Position numbers and translations under genes: made by a program. The notes under the pieces are model-generated. The model saw only the letters and a list, made by a program, of their open reading frames with translations, had not been told where the DNA came from and ran no database searches. 36,094 nucleotides of DNA from an uncultured bacterium (lineage in GTDB: Bacteria; Planctomycetota; UBA8108), in NCBI GenBank assembly GCA_913042995.1, contig CAJWMA010000003.1, positions 1 through 36,094 on the forward strand. The letters are read 5' to 3'. The stretch's first letter is position 1. Every line of letters begins with the position of its first letter. Below are positions 25,645 to 34,264 of the stretch, in pieces.

Positions 25645-26865
25645 ATGAACCAGGCCAGGAAAATCGTTCTAGCTTATTCCGGAGGACTTGACACCTCCTA
25701 TTGCATTCCCTACCTGCTCGAGCAGAAGGGCTTTGAGGTCGTGACCGTCACGGTTGACACCGGTGGATTCGATGCCGCCGAGCTCGCCGAGATCGAGGAA
25801 CGCTCGAGCTCCCTGGGAGCCATCGAGCACTACACCATCGACGCTCGCCAGGAGGTCTTCGACCGCTGGGTGAGCTACCTGGTGAAGGGCAATGTGCTCC
25901 GCGGCCAGGTCTATCCACTGGCGGTGGCGGCCGAACGCGTGGTGCAGGCCGAGGTCATCGCCCGCAAGGTGAAGGAGACGGGAGCGGATGCCGTCGCGCA
26001 TGGCTCCACGGGAGCCGGCAATGACCAGGTTCGCTTCGATACCGCCTTTCATGTGCTGATTCCGGGAATCGAGATTGTCACTCCCACCAGGGATGAGAAA
26101 CTCAGCAGGGAGGAGGAGTACGACTTCCTGAAGGAGCGGGGCGTCGATATTGACCCGAGCGTTCGCGAATACTCGATCAATTCAGGGCTCTGGGGCTCGA
26201 CGATCGGCGGTGGTGTGACACACGATTCCGGCAGCGAGATTCCGCGTGATGTCTTTGAGCAGGCGGTGGCTACCGATGAGGTGGAAGGTGGCGAGCTGCT
26301 CGAGATCGGCTTCGAGAAGGGAGTACCGGTCGCGCTTGGCGGTGAGGCGCTCAATGGCGTCGACCTGGTAAATAAGCTGGGTGAGCTCTGCCGGGGCTAC
26401 AGGGTCGGACTCGGAGTTCATATCGGGGATACGGTCCTTGGCATCAAGGGGCGGATCGCGTTCGAGGCCGGGGCGGCGATAGTGCTCATCCACGCGCACC
26501 GTGAGCTCGAGAAGATAACCCTGACAGACTGGCAGCGTTTCTGGAAGGACCACATGGCCTCCTTCTATGGAAAGCTGCTGCATGAGGGGCAGGCCTTCGA
26601 GCCCGTGCTCAGGGACATAGAGGCCATGATCGATTCTTCCCAGGAGCGCGTGACTGGAACGGCCGGGGTGCGCTTCGGCCCCGGGACCTTCAGCGTTGTC
26701 ACGACCGCGAGCCCCTGCACCATGGCGGGCGCGGAGGCCGGCGTCTACGGTGAGATGCCCAAGCTCTGGGAAGGCAACGACGTTCGGGGATATTCGACGA
26801 TTTCAGCGATTCCTTCACGGCTCTACAGGAGCGCCGGGGAGAATGACCAGGCGAAGGACGAGTGA
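25645..26865 (+). CDS. argG: Argininosuccinate synthase
   Basis: IVLAYSGGLDTS, YPL, HGSTGAGNDQVRF, GIKGRIAFEA. ATG 25645 is preferred to the track start 25588. Confidence 0.96.
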   Translation: MNQARKIVLAYSGGLDTSYCIPYLLEQKGFEVVTVTVDTGGFDAAELAEIEERSSSLGAIEHYTIDARQEVFDRWVSYLVKGNVLRGQVYPLAVAAERVVQAEVIARKVKETGADAVAHGSTGAGNDQVRFDTAFHVLIPGIEIVTPTRDEKLSREEEYDFLKERGVDIDPSVREYSINSGLWGSTIGGGVTHDSGSEIPRDVFEQAVATDEVEGGELLEIGFEKGVPVALGGEALNGVDLVNKLGELCRGYRVGLGVHIGDTVLGIKGRIAFEAGAAIVLIHAHRELEKITLTDWQRFWKDHMASFYGKLLHEGQAFEPVLRDIEAMIDSSQERVTGTAGVRFGPGTFSVVTTASPCTMAGAEAGVYGEMPKLWEGNDVRGYSTISAIPSRLYRSAGENDQAKDE

Positions 26866-26883
26866 AGCTTCAGAGAGGGTGAG

Positions 26884-27930
26884 ATGACCAATTCGGCAAA
26901 CGACCAGCTGAGGGTGGGTGTTTTCGGGGGCTCCGGTTATATCGGCGCCGAGCTGCTGCGCTATCTCAGCGCTCATCCCGCCGTGTCTCTTTCCTGGGTG
27001 ACCGCGCATTCCAACGTCGGGCAGGAGGTGGGCGCTGTCCTGCCGAATCTCAAGGCCGCGGTGCCCGGAGCCTTCATCTCCCAGGCGGAGGGGGAAGAGA
27101 GGGTCTCCGAGGTCGATGTCGCCTTCGCGGCCCTTCCTCACAACGAGTCTCAGAACCTGGTTCCGAGGCTTGCCGAGGCCAGTCCTGAGATACGTTTTAT
27201 CGACATGGCCGGCGACTTCCGGACCAATGACGCCCAGGGCTATGAGAAATACTACGGCTGCGAGCATGGCGCCGCTGACTGGCTGCCGCGTTTTACCTAC
27301 GGCTTCACCGAGTTCCAGCGCGACAAGGTGCGTGAGGCCCGCCTGGTGGCGAATCCGGGTTGTTTCGCCACCGGCATGCTGCTCGCCCTGGCGCCGCTGG
27401 CCGCCGCCGGGCGGCTCTCGGGAGATGTCTGCCTCCTGGGCCTGACGGGGTCCTCGGGTTCCGGAAACAAGCCGAGCTCGACAACGCATCATCCCGAGCG
27501 TTTCAGCAATGTACGCTCCTACAAGCCGCTGGCTCACCAGCACATGCTGGAGGTCGAGGCGTTTCTCGGTGGGCTGGGCGAATCCGACTTCAGCCTGCAG
27601 TTTGTGCCCCAGTCGGGTCCCTTCGTAAGAGGCATCTTCACGACCATCTTTACCCCGGGAGTGGGAGCTGACGATCTTCACGCGATCTATGCCGACACCT
27701 ACGGCGGGGAGAGCCTTGTGGAGGTGATGGAGGGCTCTCCCGATCTTCGCTGGGTCCAGGGCTCACCGCGGTCCTGGGTAGGAGTCGGCGGCGAGGGAGA
27801 TAATGGCGTGGTGTTTACCGTGATCGACAACCTCGGCAAGGGAGCCGCTAGCCAGGGTGTGCAGAACATGAACCTGATGTGCGGCCTGGATGAGACCGAG
27901 GGTCTTCGCGCGCCGGGTGGATTTGTTTGA
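26884..27930 (+). CDS. argC: N-acetyl-gamma-glutamyl-phosphate reductase
   Basis: GGSGYIGAELLR, ALPH, DMAGDFR, ANPGCFAT (catalytic Cys), HQH, RGI, DNLGKGAASQGVQNMN. Confidence 0.95.
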   Translation: MTNSANDQLRVGVFGGSGYIGAELLRYLSAHPAVSLSWVTAHSNVGQEVGAVLPNLKAAVPGAFISQAEGEERVSEVDVAFAALPHNESQNLVPRLAEASPEIRFIDMAGDFRTNDAQGYEKYYGCEHGAADWLPRFTYGFTEFQRDKVREARLVANPGCFATGMLLALAPLAAAGRLSGDVCLLGLTGSSGSGNKPSSTTHHPERFSNVRSYKPLAHQHMLEVEAFLGGLGESDFSLQFVPQSGPFVRGIFTTIFTPGVGADDLHAIYADTYGGESLVEVMEGSPDLRWVQGSPRSWVGVGGEGDNGVVFTVIDNLGKGAASQGVQNMNLMCGLDETEGLRAPGGFV

Positions 27931-27976
27931 CGGCCGCGGACATGCCCGGTTGGAAGCAACAGGAGAATCAAGCAGG

Positions 27977-29143
27977 ATGAATTCAAAAGAAACCGAGGAT
28001 CGCTACATCCTTCCGACCTACAACAATATTCGTTTTCCCCTGAGCTTCGTCCGAGCTGAAGGAAGCTATGTTGAAGATGATTCGGGCGGCCGCTACCTCG
28101 ATCTCTATGGAGGGCACGCCGTCTGCGTGCTGGGTCACTGCCATCCGAAGTGGGTTGAGGCGATCGCGGAGCAGGCGGGTACTTTCGATTTCTATTCGAA
28201 CCTCTGTTATTGCCCTGTTCGGGCGGAGGCCGCCAAGCTCATGGTCGAGCGGTGCTATTCCATGCACCAGGCGTTCTTCTGCAATTCCGGAGCCGAGGCG
28301 AATGAGACCGCCCTGAAGATCGCCCGCAAGGCGACCGGTAGAGAATACGTTGTTTCCATGGAGGAGGACTTCCATGGCCGGACGATCGGCGCGCTCAGCG
28401 TGACGGGCTTCGAGAAGTCGCGCGCCCTCTTCCCACAGAACATCTCCCGGTGGACGCGTTTTCTTCGTCTTGGCGACCTGGAGGCTTTTGATTCCCTTGA
28501 TCCGGAAGAGATCGCGGGCGTCATCCTCGAGCCTCTCCAGAGCGTCGTCGGCGTCAAGATGGCCGAGCCGGAGTACTACCGGGGGCTGCGGGACTGGTGT
28601 GATCGTACCGGCGCCGTGCTGATCTTCGACGAAGTGCAGACCGGAAACGGCCGAACCGGAAAATGGTTTGTCGGTGAGCACTGGGGGGTAGAACCGGACC
28701 TCGTGACCACGGCCAAGGGTCTGGGCGGGGGCTATCCTGTCGGCGCCGTTCTCGCGAATGAGAAGATCTCGGCCACGGTGGAAGCCGGAGACCAGGCCAC
28801 CACCTTCGGGGGAGGCCCGATGGCGGCCGCGGCGGTGGCCGCGACCTATCGCATCATCGAGGAGGAGGGTCTCGTCGAGCAGGTGGCACGGCTGTCCAGC
28901 GGCGTTATCGAGCGCCTCGGAGGATATGTCGGCCGGGGAATCGAGGAGGTTCGGGGTCTTGGCTATCTTCTCGGCGTGCGTTGCGAGAAGCCGGCGAAGG
29001 AGATCCAGGCGGCTCTTCTCGATCGCGGCATCCTGGTTGGTACCTCCGGAGATCCCCAGACCTTCAGGCTCCTGCCTCCACTGACGGTAAGCGAGGAGGA
29101 GTGGGGAGTCTTCTTCGCGGCGCTGGATGATATCTTCGCCTGA
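27977..29143 (+). CDS. argD: Acetylornithine aminotransferase (class III PLP)
   Basis: YLDLYGG, NSGAEANETALK, FHGRT, LIFDEVQTG.GRTG, AKGLGGG, TTFGG, RLLPPL, plus operon context. ATG 27977 follows AGGAG. Confidence 0.92.
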   Translation: MNSKETEDRYILPTYNNIRFPLSFVRAEGSYVEDDSGGRYLDLYGGHAVCVLGHCHPKWVEAIAEQAGTFDFYSNLCYCPVRAEAAKLMVERCYSMHQAFFCNSGAEANETALKIARKATGREYVVSMEEDFHGRTIGALSVTGFEKSRALFPQNISRWTRFLRLGDLEAFDSLDPEEIAGVILEPLQSVVGVKMAEPEYYRGLRDWCDRTGAVLIFDEVQTGNGRTGKWFVGEHWGVEPDLVTTAKGLGGGYPVGAVLANEKISATVEAGDQATTFGGGPMAAAAVAATYRIIEEEGLVEQVARLSSGVIERLGGYVGRGIEEVRGLGYLLGVRCEKPAKEIQAALLDRGILVGTSGDPQTFRLLPPLTVSEEEWGVFFAALDDIFA

Positions 29144-29160
29144 GCCGATTTTCGCGCGCC

Positions 29161-29166
29161 TATAAT
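29161..29166 (+). promoter_or_regulatory. Perfect -10 hexamer upstream of argF'; possible internal promoter
   Basis: TATAAT in the 87-bp argD-argF' gap; no convincing -35. Confidence 0.35.
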
Positions 29167-29230
29167 GGCTTGCACATCCCCGGCTAAAGTGGGACATTCA
29201 ACGCCTTCAAAATACTGGTGGAGTCGTTAG

Positions 29231-30223
29231 ATGCGGCATTTCTACAGCTTGAACGAGTTCTCCTCTGAACAGATAGGGGAGTTTGTTAACAGGGCTCTCG
29301 CCTTCAAGGAGAACCCCTATTCGGAGGTTCTTGACCATCGCCAGATAGCCCTCCTCTTTCTGAACCAGTCCCTGCGTACTCGCTGTTCCTTCGAGGTAGC
29401 GACGAGGGAGCTGGGAGGAGATGTAAGCACTCTCGATGCCGAGACGCTCTTCGCCCTGGAGACCGAGTTCGGCAAACGCATGGACGGCGCCTCAGCCGAG
29501 CATGTGAAGGAGGCCATCGGCGTCTTCTCGCGTTACTTCTCGGCCCTGGGCCTGCGCTCCTTCGCGCGCGGCGAGGACCAGCAGGAGGATCTCCTGGACA
29601 AGACCTTTACCACGTTTCTCGAGCACGCGAAGATCCCGGTCTTCAATATGGAGTCGGCACTGTACCACCCCTGCCAGGCGCTCGCCGATCTCGTGACCAT
29701 CAAGGAGCTCTTTCAGGATTTCCAGGGACGCAAGGTCACCATTACCTGGGCGAACCATCCGCGCGCCCTTCCGATGGCTGTTGCCAACTCGGCCCTGCTG
29801 GCCATGACGAAGATGGGGATGCACGTCACCCTCGCTCATCCGGAGAAATTCGAGCTGCAGGAGGGAATCATGAATATGGCTGGCGACTTTGCCGGCGAAT
29901 CAGGCGGCAGTGTAGAGGTTGTCCATGATCGTCTCGAGGCGGCCGCCGATGCCGATGTGATCTATGCCAAGTCCTGGGGATCCCTGCTGCGTTACGATGA
30001 CCCTGCCGCTGAGCAGGATCTTCGCGACAGCCTGAAGGATTGGGTGGTGGACAGCGAGATGATGAGCCGTACGCGCAGAGCCTATTTCATGCATTGCCTG
30101 CCGGTGCGCAGGAATGTCGTGGTCAACGATGACGTTATCGACAGCAACCGGTCCGTTGTTCTGCAGGAGGCGGAGAACCGTCTCCATGCCCAGAAGGCGA
30201 TTCTTGAATGGATTTTTTCCTGA
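29231..30223 (+). CDS. argF': N-acyl (succinyl/acetyl)-ornithine carbamoyltransferase (ArgF', SOTCase/AOTCase type)
   Basis: NQSLRT in place of the STRT of canonical OTC, an extended 80s loop (ETEFGKRMDGASAEH), HPCQALAD, a proline-rich loop TWANHPRALPMAVANS, KSW, and HCLPVRRN. Confidence 0.9.
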   Translation: MRHFYSLNEFSSEQIGEFVNRALAFKENPYSEVLDHRQIALLFLNQSLRTRCSFEVATRELGGDVSTLDAETLFALETEFGKRMDGASAEHVKEAIGVFSRYFSALGLRSFARGEDQQEDLLDKTFTTFLEHAKIPVFNMESALYHPCQALADLVTIKELFQDFQGRKVTITWANHPRALPMAVANSALLAMTKMGMHVTLAHPEKFELQEGIMNMAGDFAGESGGSVEVVHDRLEAAADADVIYAKSWGSLLRYDDPAAEQDLRDSLKDWVVDSEMMSRTRRAYFMHCLPVRRNVVVNDDVIDSNRSVVLQEAENRLHAQKAILEWIFS

Positions 30224-32013
30224 GCGACTCACGCCGCGTCTCCAGCCCCGCCTCGCGGCGGCCGGCAAGCCTTCCGCTTGTCGGGTGCTTGTTGGCCGCG
30301 TTGATCCTGGGGCAGGGCCTCTGGTCCGGGCGGACCCTGGCGGGGCCCCTCGAGGCCGGAATCCCGCCGGAGTCCGTCCTCTTCCTGCACTGGCAGAACG
30401 CGAAAGATTCGGGCTTCGCCTCCACCTATCTCGGTCATTTGCAGGAGAAGATCGCGAGCTCAGGGTTCCTTGACACGTTTTTCCGCCACCTGGGAGAAAC
30501 GTTTCCTCCCGCTTCGAGAAAGGCCTTCACATCTCACCTCAAGCGCTGGCGAGGCATCGTTTCCAACCTGCCGTGGTGGCACCTCGCCTCATCCGAGGTG
30601 GCGATCGGCGGACGGGTGGGAGCCCGGGGAACCTTTGAGTTTATTCTCCTCTTTCGTAGAGAGAAAGAGAAGATCGCCGCGGAGCTGTTGGGGTTGCGGG
30701 ACCTGCTCTACGCCTATTCCAGCCTGGGTGAAGAATATGAACTCGAGGTCGGTATTCGAAACGGCGCGGCGACCACGGTTCTTCAGAATGGTCTCGACCT
30801 GCTTGACCAGATAGCGGTTAGCGCCCAGGGGGACGTGATCGGGATTTCGACCTCAGCCGCCCTTCTTCGCCGAAGCTTTCAGCTGCTCTCCGGCGAGACT
30901 CTCTCTCCGGGCTTTACCCGGACACCCGGCTACGAGCAATTGCAGAGTAAGATGAAGAAGCGCATTGGCAGGAAACCTCCCGCCGGGAAGGAGACCGCGC
31001 GTTTCGAGTTTATTTTTCAACCTCGCGGAGTTCTGAAGGATGTGGTGATCCTTGACGTGATTGAGGAGTACCACTATCTCGCGAGCTTTACGCCCGCTGG
31101 CGCGGAATCGAGCTCGCGTACTGTCCTCAGCGAGGCCATCGGCAACCCGCTGATAAAGGCGGTTGCCGGTCAGCCCTCGGTTGAGGGACTCGCCGCCGGA
31201 ATCTCAGCTGACGCGGTCTCCTACAGCGCCACCTCGGGGACGGATCCGGCCGGAGTCTATGAGTTCTGCATGGAGCTGCTTGTCAACATTACAGGGAATG
31301 CGGAATCAGCCGAGAGGTTTGAGCGTGAGCAGGCCAGGCTTGGTATTCGCCTGCGGCGCGAGATTCTCCAGAGCCTTACCGGGCGGCGGGTGACCGCGGT
31401 CTTTCCTCCCTCGCCGGGCGCTCGACCTTCACGCGCGTTTCTTCTCGAGGTCAAGGATGCTGACAGGGCCTCCAGCGCGATCGCTGGAGCTGTCGAGGCT
31501 CTTGCCGGGCCGCTGAGGGAGTGGAACCTGGAGCTTGGCAGCAAGACTGAAGAGGGAGCCAGGGAAGGCTTTCATGTTTTCAGCTCGGGCTTGCTGGGAT
31601 TCGATATCGCCTTTGGAGTGCGCGGGAACTTCCTGGTCCTGGCCACATCGAGAGAGGCTTTCAGGAAGGTTGCCGCCACCCTCGAGGGCAAGTCAGCCTC
31701 CCTGGCTGATGCCGGGGGTCTCAAATGGCTGCCGAAATCGGATCTTGCGGTCGACAGCTTCTACAAGGGCGTGGGCTCGGGGCTCTCCGACCCCGGCGAC
31801 TGGCTGCTGAAGATCGGCGGCTTGCTGGGTACTCTGCTTCCGGATCCCAGGGAGCCGGCTATTTTAAAGCCGTTCCTGATCTCCCTGCCCCGCCTGGAGG
31901 GCGCGCTGCGTTCCCTGGATGTCTTCAGCGACAGCTCTGGGTATTCTCTGCGTGATGGGCGTGTTTTTTTCAGCACAGCCTCCAGCAAATTGCGCCCTGT
32001 CGCCGGATTTTAA
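30208..32013 (+). CDS. Hypothetical exported protein (601 aa)
   Basis: Long ORF overlapping the argF' stop, with a signal-peptide-like N-terminus. No motif recognised with confidence. Confidence 0.7.
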   Translation: MDFFLSDSRRVSSPASRRPASLPLVGCLLAALILGQGLWSGRTLAGPLEAGIPPESVLFLHWQNAKDSGFASTYLGHLQEKIASSGFLDTFFRHLGETFPPASRKAFTSHLKRWRGIVSNLPWWHLASSEVAIGGRVGARGTFEFILLFRREKEKIAAELLGLRDLLYAYSSLGEEYELEVGIRNGAATTVLQNGLDLLDQIAVSAQGDVIGISTSAALLRRSFQLLSGETLSPGFTRTPGYEQLQSKMKKRIGRKPPAGKETARFEFIFQPRGVLKDVVILDVIEEYHYLASFTPAGAESSSRTVLSEAIGNPLIKAVAGQPSVEGLAAGISADAVSYSATSGTDPAGVYEFCMELLVNITGNAESAERFEREQARLGIRLRREILQSLTGRRVTAVFPPSPGARPSRAFLLEVKDADRASSAIAGAVEALAGPLREWNLELGSKTEEGAREGFHVFSSGLLGFDIAFGVRGNFLVLATSREAFRKVAATLEGKSASLADAGGLKWLPKSDLAVDSFYKGVGSGLSDPGDWLLKIGGLLGTLLPDPREPAILKPFLISLPRLEGALRSLDVFSDSSGYSLRDGRVFFSTASSKLRPVAGF

Positions 32014-32156
32014 GCCTTCTCTGCCGGTATAAATCTCCCGACGTTCTTGAGCCATTGGGGAGCGTCCTGCATACTGGTTGCAGTGACCAGCGGCTTGGAA
32101 TGAGCGGCTGGTAGGTTCACAGACGCGCCCGGTCTTCGGGGGGAGCTCTTCAGGTC

Positions 32157-34154
32157 ATGTTACAGTGCCAGACTTGTAAAAGCTGGAACGAGGATGGAGC
32201 GTCCTTTTGTACCCAGTGCGGCCAGCCGGTCGGTGGAGGCAAGAGACGCTGGGGGTTGCGTCACACGCTGGTTCTCATCGCAGGGCTGGCGGGAATCCAG
32301 GCGGCCGTTTTCTTTTATTTTTTCGAGCAGCCTGTCGAGCCTGGTGTGCCGCAGGGGCAGGGACAGCCGCGCTCCGTCGCCGTGATGAAGCCGGCGGTTG
32401 AGGGAGAGACTCCCGCGCCGCCGCCTGCCAGGGCGGGGAAGCCGCTCTCGAGCCGGAAGAAGCCCGGACCTGCCTCGAAGGCTTCCTCCAGCCCGCCCAC
32501 GGTTCGCAGAGTCAAGGTCGATTCGGCGCTGGCCATTCTCGAGCTCTTTGACAAGAGCGGTCAGTTCGCGCGGATTGCACAGGCGGTGGTTGTCCATCCC
32601 GATGGGGTGGTGCTGACACGCTACAGCCCTCTTCTTGGAGCTTACAAGGTGAGATGCCGCCGTGAGGGCGTAGCCGGGAGCATCCCGGTCACAGGTATCA
32701 TTCGCTACAACCAGCCCTCAGACCTGGCCCTGTTGCGCCTTGCGAGGTCGGGGCAGAAGCTGGCCGCTCTGGAAATCATCACTCGCTCTACAGCAGATGG
32801 GCTGGCCAATGAGGATGAGATCAACATCTTCGACGGCCCCGGAGGCCGACCGGCAAGGATCGCCGAGGCTTTCTTTTCCACCGCGGATGGGCATTTGGGG
32901 ATCCTGCTGGCTGATTCGCCGGGAATTGATGAAGAGTCCTTCCTGGCCGTCTCAAAGGCGGGGGAGGTCATCGGGTTGTGCCGCCCGATGGTGGACAATG
33001 TTGTGGGGCTTCCCCGCAGGACGATTCCCGCCAGGCCCCAGGGCTTGAGGGTGTTCATCGACCCTGCCAGCGTTTTCCTGCGGGAGTTCCTGGTCGAGCC
33101 CGTCAGCTCTACCGTGGCTGATAATACGATGAGAATTTACGAAGGCACCTTTGATGACCTCGAGGCCCGGGCGCGTGAGAGCTACCGGACGAAGCGCTGG
33201 GGAGAGGCCATCGAGCTTTTGCGGAAGGCGATCGAGCGCGGGAATGTTGAGAATGTCGAGGTGGTGCGGCTTGACAGGTTGTTCGATTTTTTGCGGGAGA
33301 GCTACCTGGGAGAGATCGGCCGTCTGCAGGACAGGCGCCGCTTCGAGGAGGCCGCCGAGATGGCTCGTCGGGGACTCGAGTTCTTCGCCAGGGATGGGAT
33401 TCTATGGTTCAAGCTGGCTGAGATCTGCGCCGAGCTGGAGCTGACTCGCGAGGTGATTGACGCTCTTCTGCAGGTCCGGGCGCTCGAGAGTTCACGGCGG
33501 ATCGCTCCCATGCTGGAAGGAGCCTATCATCAGCTGGCACGGGATGCGCTCAAGGAGAACGACGGGCGCCGGGCGGAGCTGGCTTATGTCGAAGGGATCG
33601 AGCAGATTCCCGATTCAGCCATACTCAGGCTGCATCTCGGACAGCTTTACCAGGAATGGGCGATCTACCAGGATGCGATCAGGCTGCTGGAAGAGGCGAA
33701 ACAGCTCGATTCCGCCCTGGCCCAGCAATCGGACGTCCTGCTGGGTAGAATTGATGACATCCTTTCGAGCAGGGAGGCGGTTGTCATTCCCATACCTGAA
33801 GGGGCTCCATCGATCAGCGCCAAGATGCTGCTGGATGGAAGGATGGAAGAGACCTTTGTGATTGATACGGGCGCCACCTATACGGCTATTTCGGAGACCC
33901 TGGCGCGTCGGCTCGGTTACGCGTTTGAGCGCGGAGAGCGGATCAACGTGACCACGGCGGCCGGGAGGATGCAGGTTCGCAGGATTCGCCTGGTTTCCGT
34001 TTCACTGCAGGGATACGCGGTGCACAATCTGCCCGTCATCGTTTTGCCTGACAGCAAGGGGAGGAGCCTCAATCTTCTTGGGCTCAATTTCCTCAATTAC
34101 TTCAAATACAGTGTCGATTCGACCCGCGGGGAGTTCCGCCTCGAGCGCCCCTGA
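32157..34154 (+). CDS. Zinc-ribbon + TM + degenerate trypsin-like domain + TPR + retropepsin-like (clan AA) aspartic protease
   Basis: CQTC...FCTQCG, one TM helix, Pro-rich linker, TPR helices, and C-terminal FVIDTGATYTAIS...TAAG...LLGLNFL. Confidence 0.85.
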   Translation: MLQCQTCKSWNEDGASFCTQCGQPVGGGKRRWGLRHTLVLIAGLAGIQAAVFFYFFEQPVEPGVPQGQGQPRSVAVMKPAVEGETPAPPPARAGKPLSSRKKPGPASKASSSPPTVRRVKVDSALAILELFDKSGQFARIAQAVVVHPDGVVLTRYSPLLGAYKVRCRREGVAGSIPVTGIIRYNQPSDLALLRLARSGQKLAALEIITRSTADGLANEDEINIFDGPGGRPARIAEAFFSTADGHLGILLADSPGIDEESFLAVSKAGEVIGLCRPMVDNVVGLPRRTIPARPQGLRVFIDPASVFLREFLVEPVSSTVADNTMRIYEGTFDDLEARARESYRTKRWGEAIELLRKAIERGNVENVEVVRLDRLFDFLRESYLGEIGRLQDRRRFEEAAEMARRGLEFFARDGILWFKLAEICAELELTREVIDALLQVRALESSRRIAPMLEGAYHQLARDALKENDGRRAELAYVEGIEQIPDSAILRLHLGQLYQEWAIYQDAIRLLEEAKQLDSALAQQSDVLLGRIDDILSSREAVVIPIPEGAPSISAKMLLDGRMEETFVIDTGATYTAISETLARRLGYAFERGERINVTTAAGRMQVRRIRLVSVSLQGYAVHNLPVIVLPDSKGRSLNLLGLNFLNYFKYSVDSTRGEFRLERP

Positions 34155-34198
34155 GAGGTCCGCCGGCCGCCAGCCGTTTGGGTAGAATCTCCGGCATC

Positions 34199-34228
34199 AA
34201 AAAAAGGAGCCGGAATCCATCCGGCTCC
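34199..34228 (-). terminator. Rho-independent terminator between convergent genes
   Basis: 9-bp stem GGAGCCGGA/TCCGGCTCC with a 5-nt loop. The A7 at 34199-34205 is a U-tract on the minus strand. Confidence 0.85.
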
Positions 34229-34264
34229 CTTCATTATTAAGCTGGTTGTTCGGCTTCGTGACGC

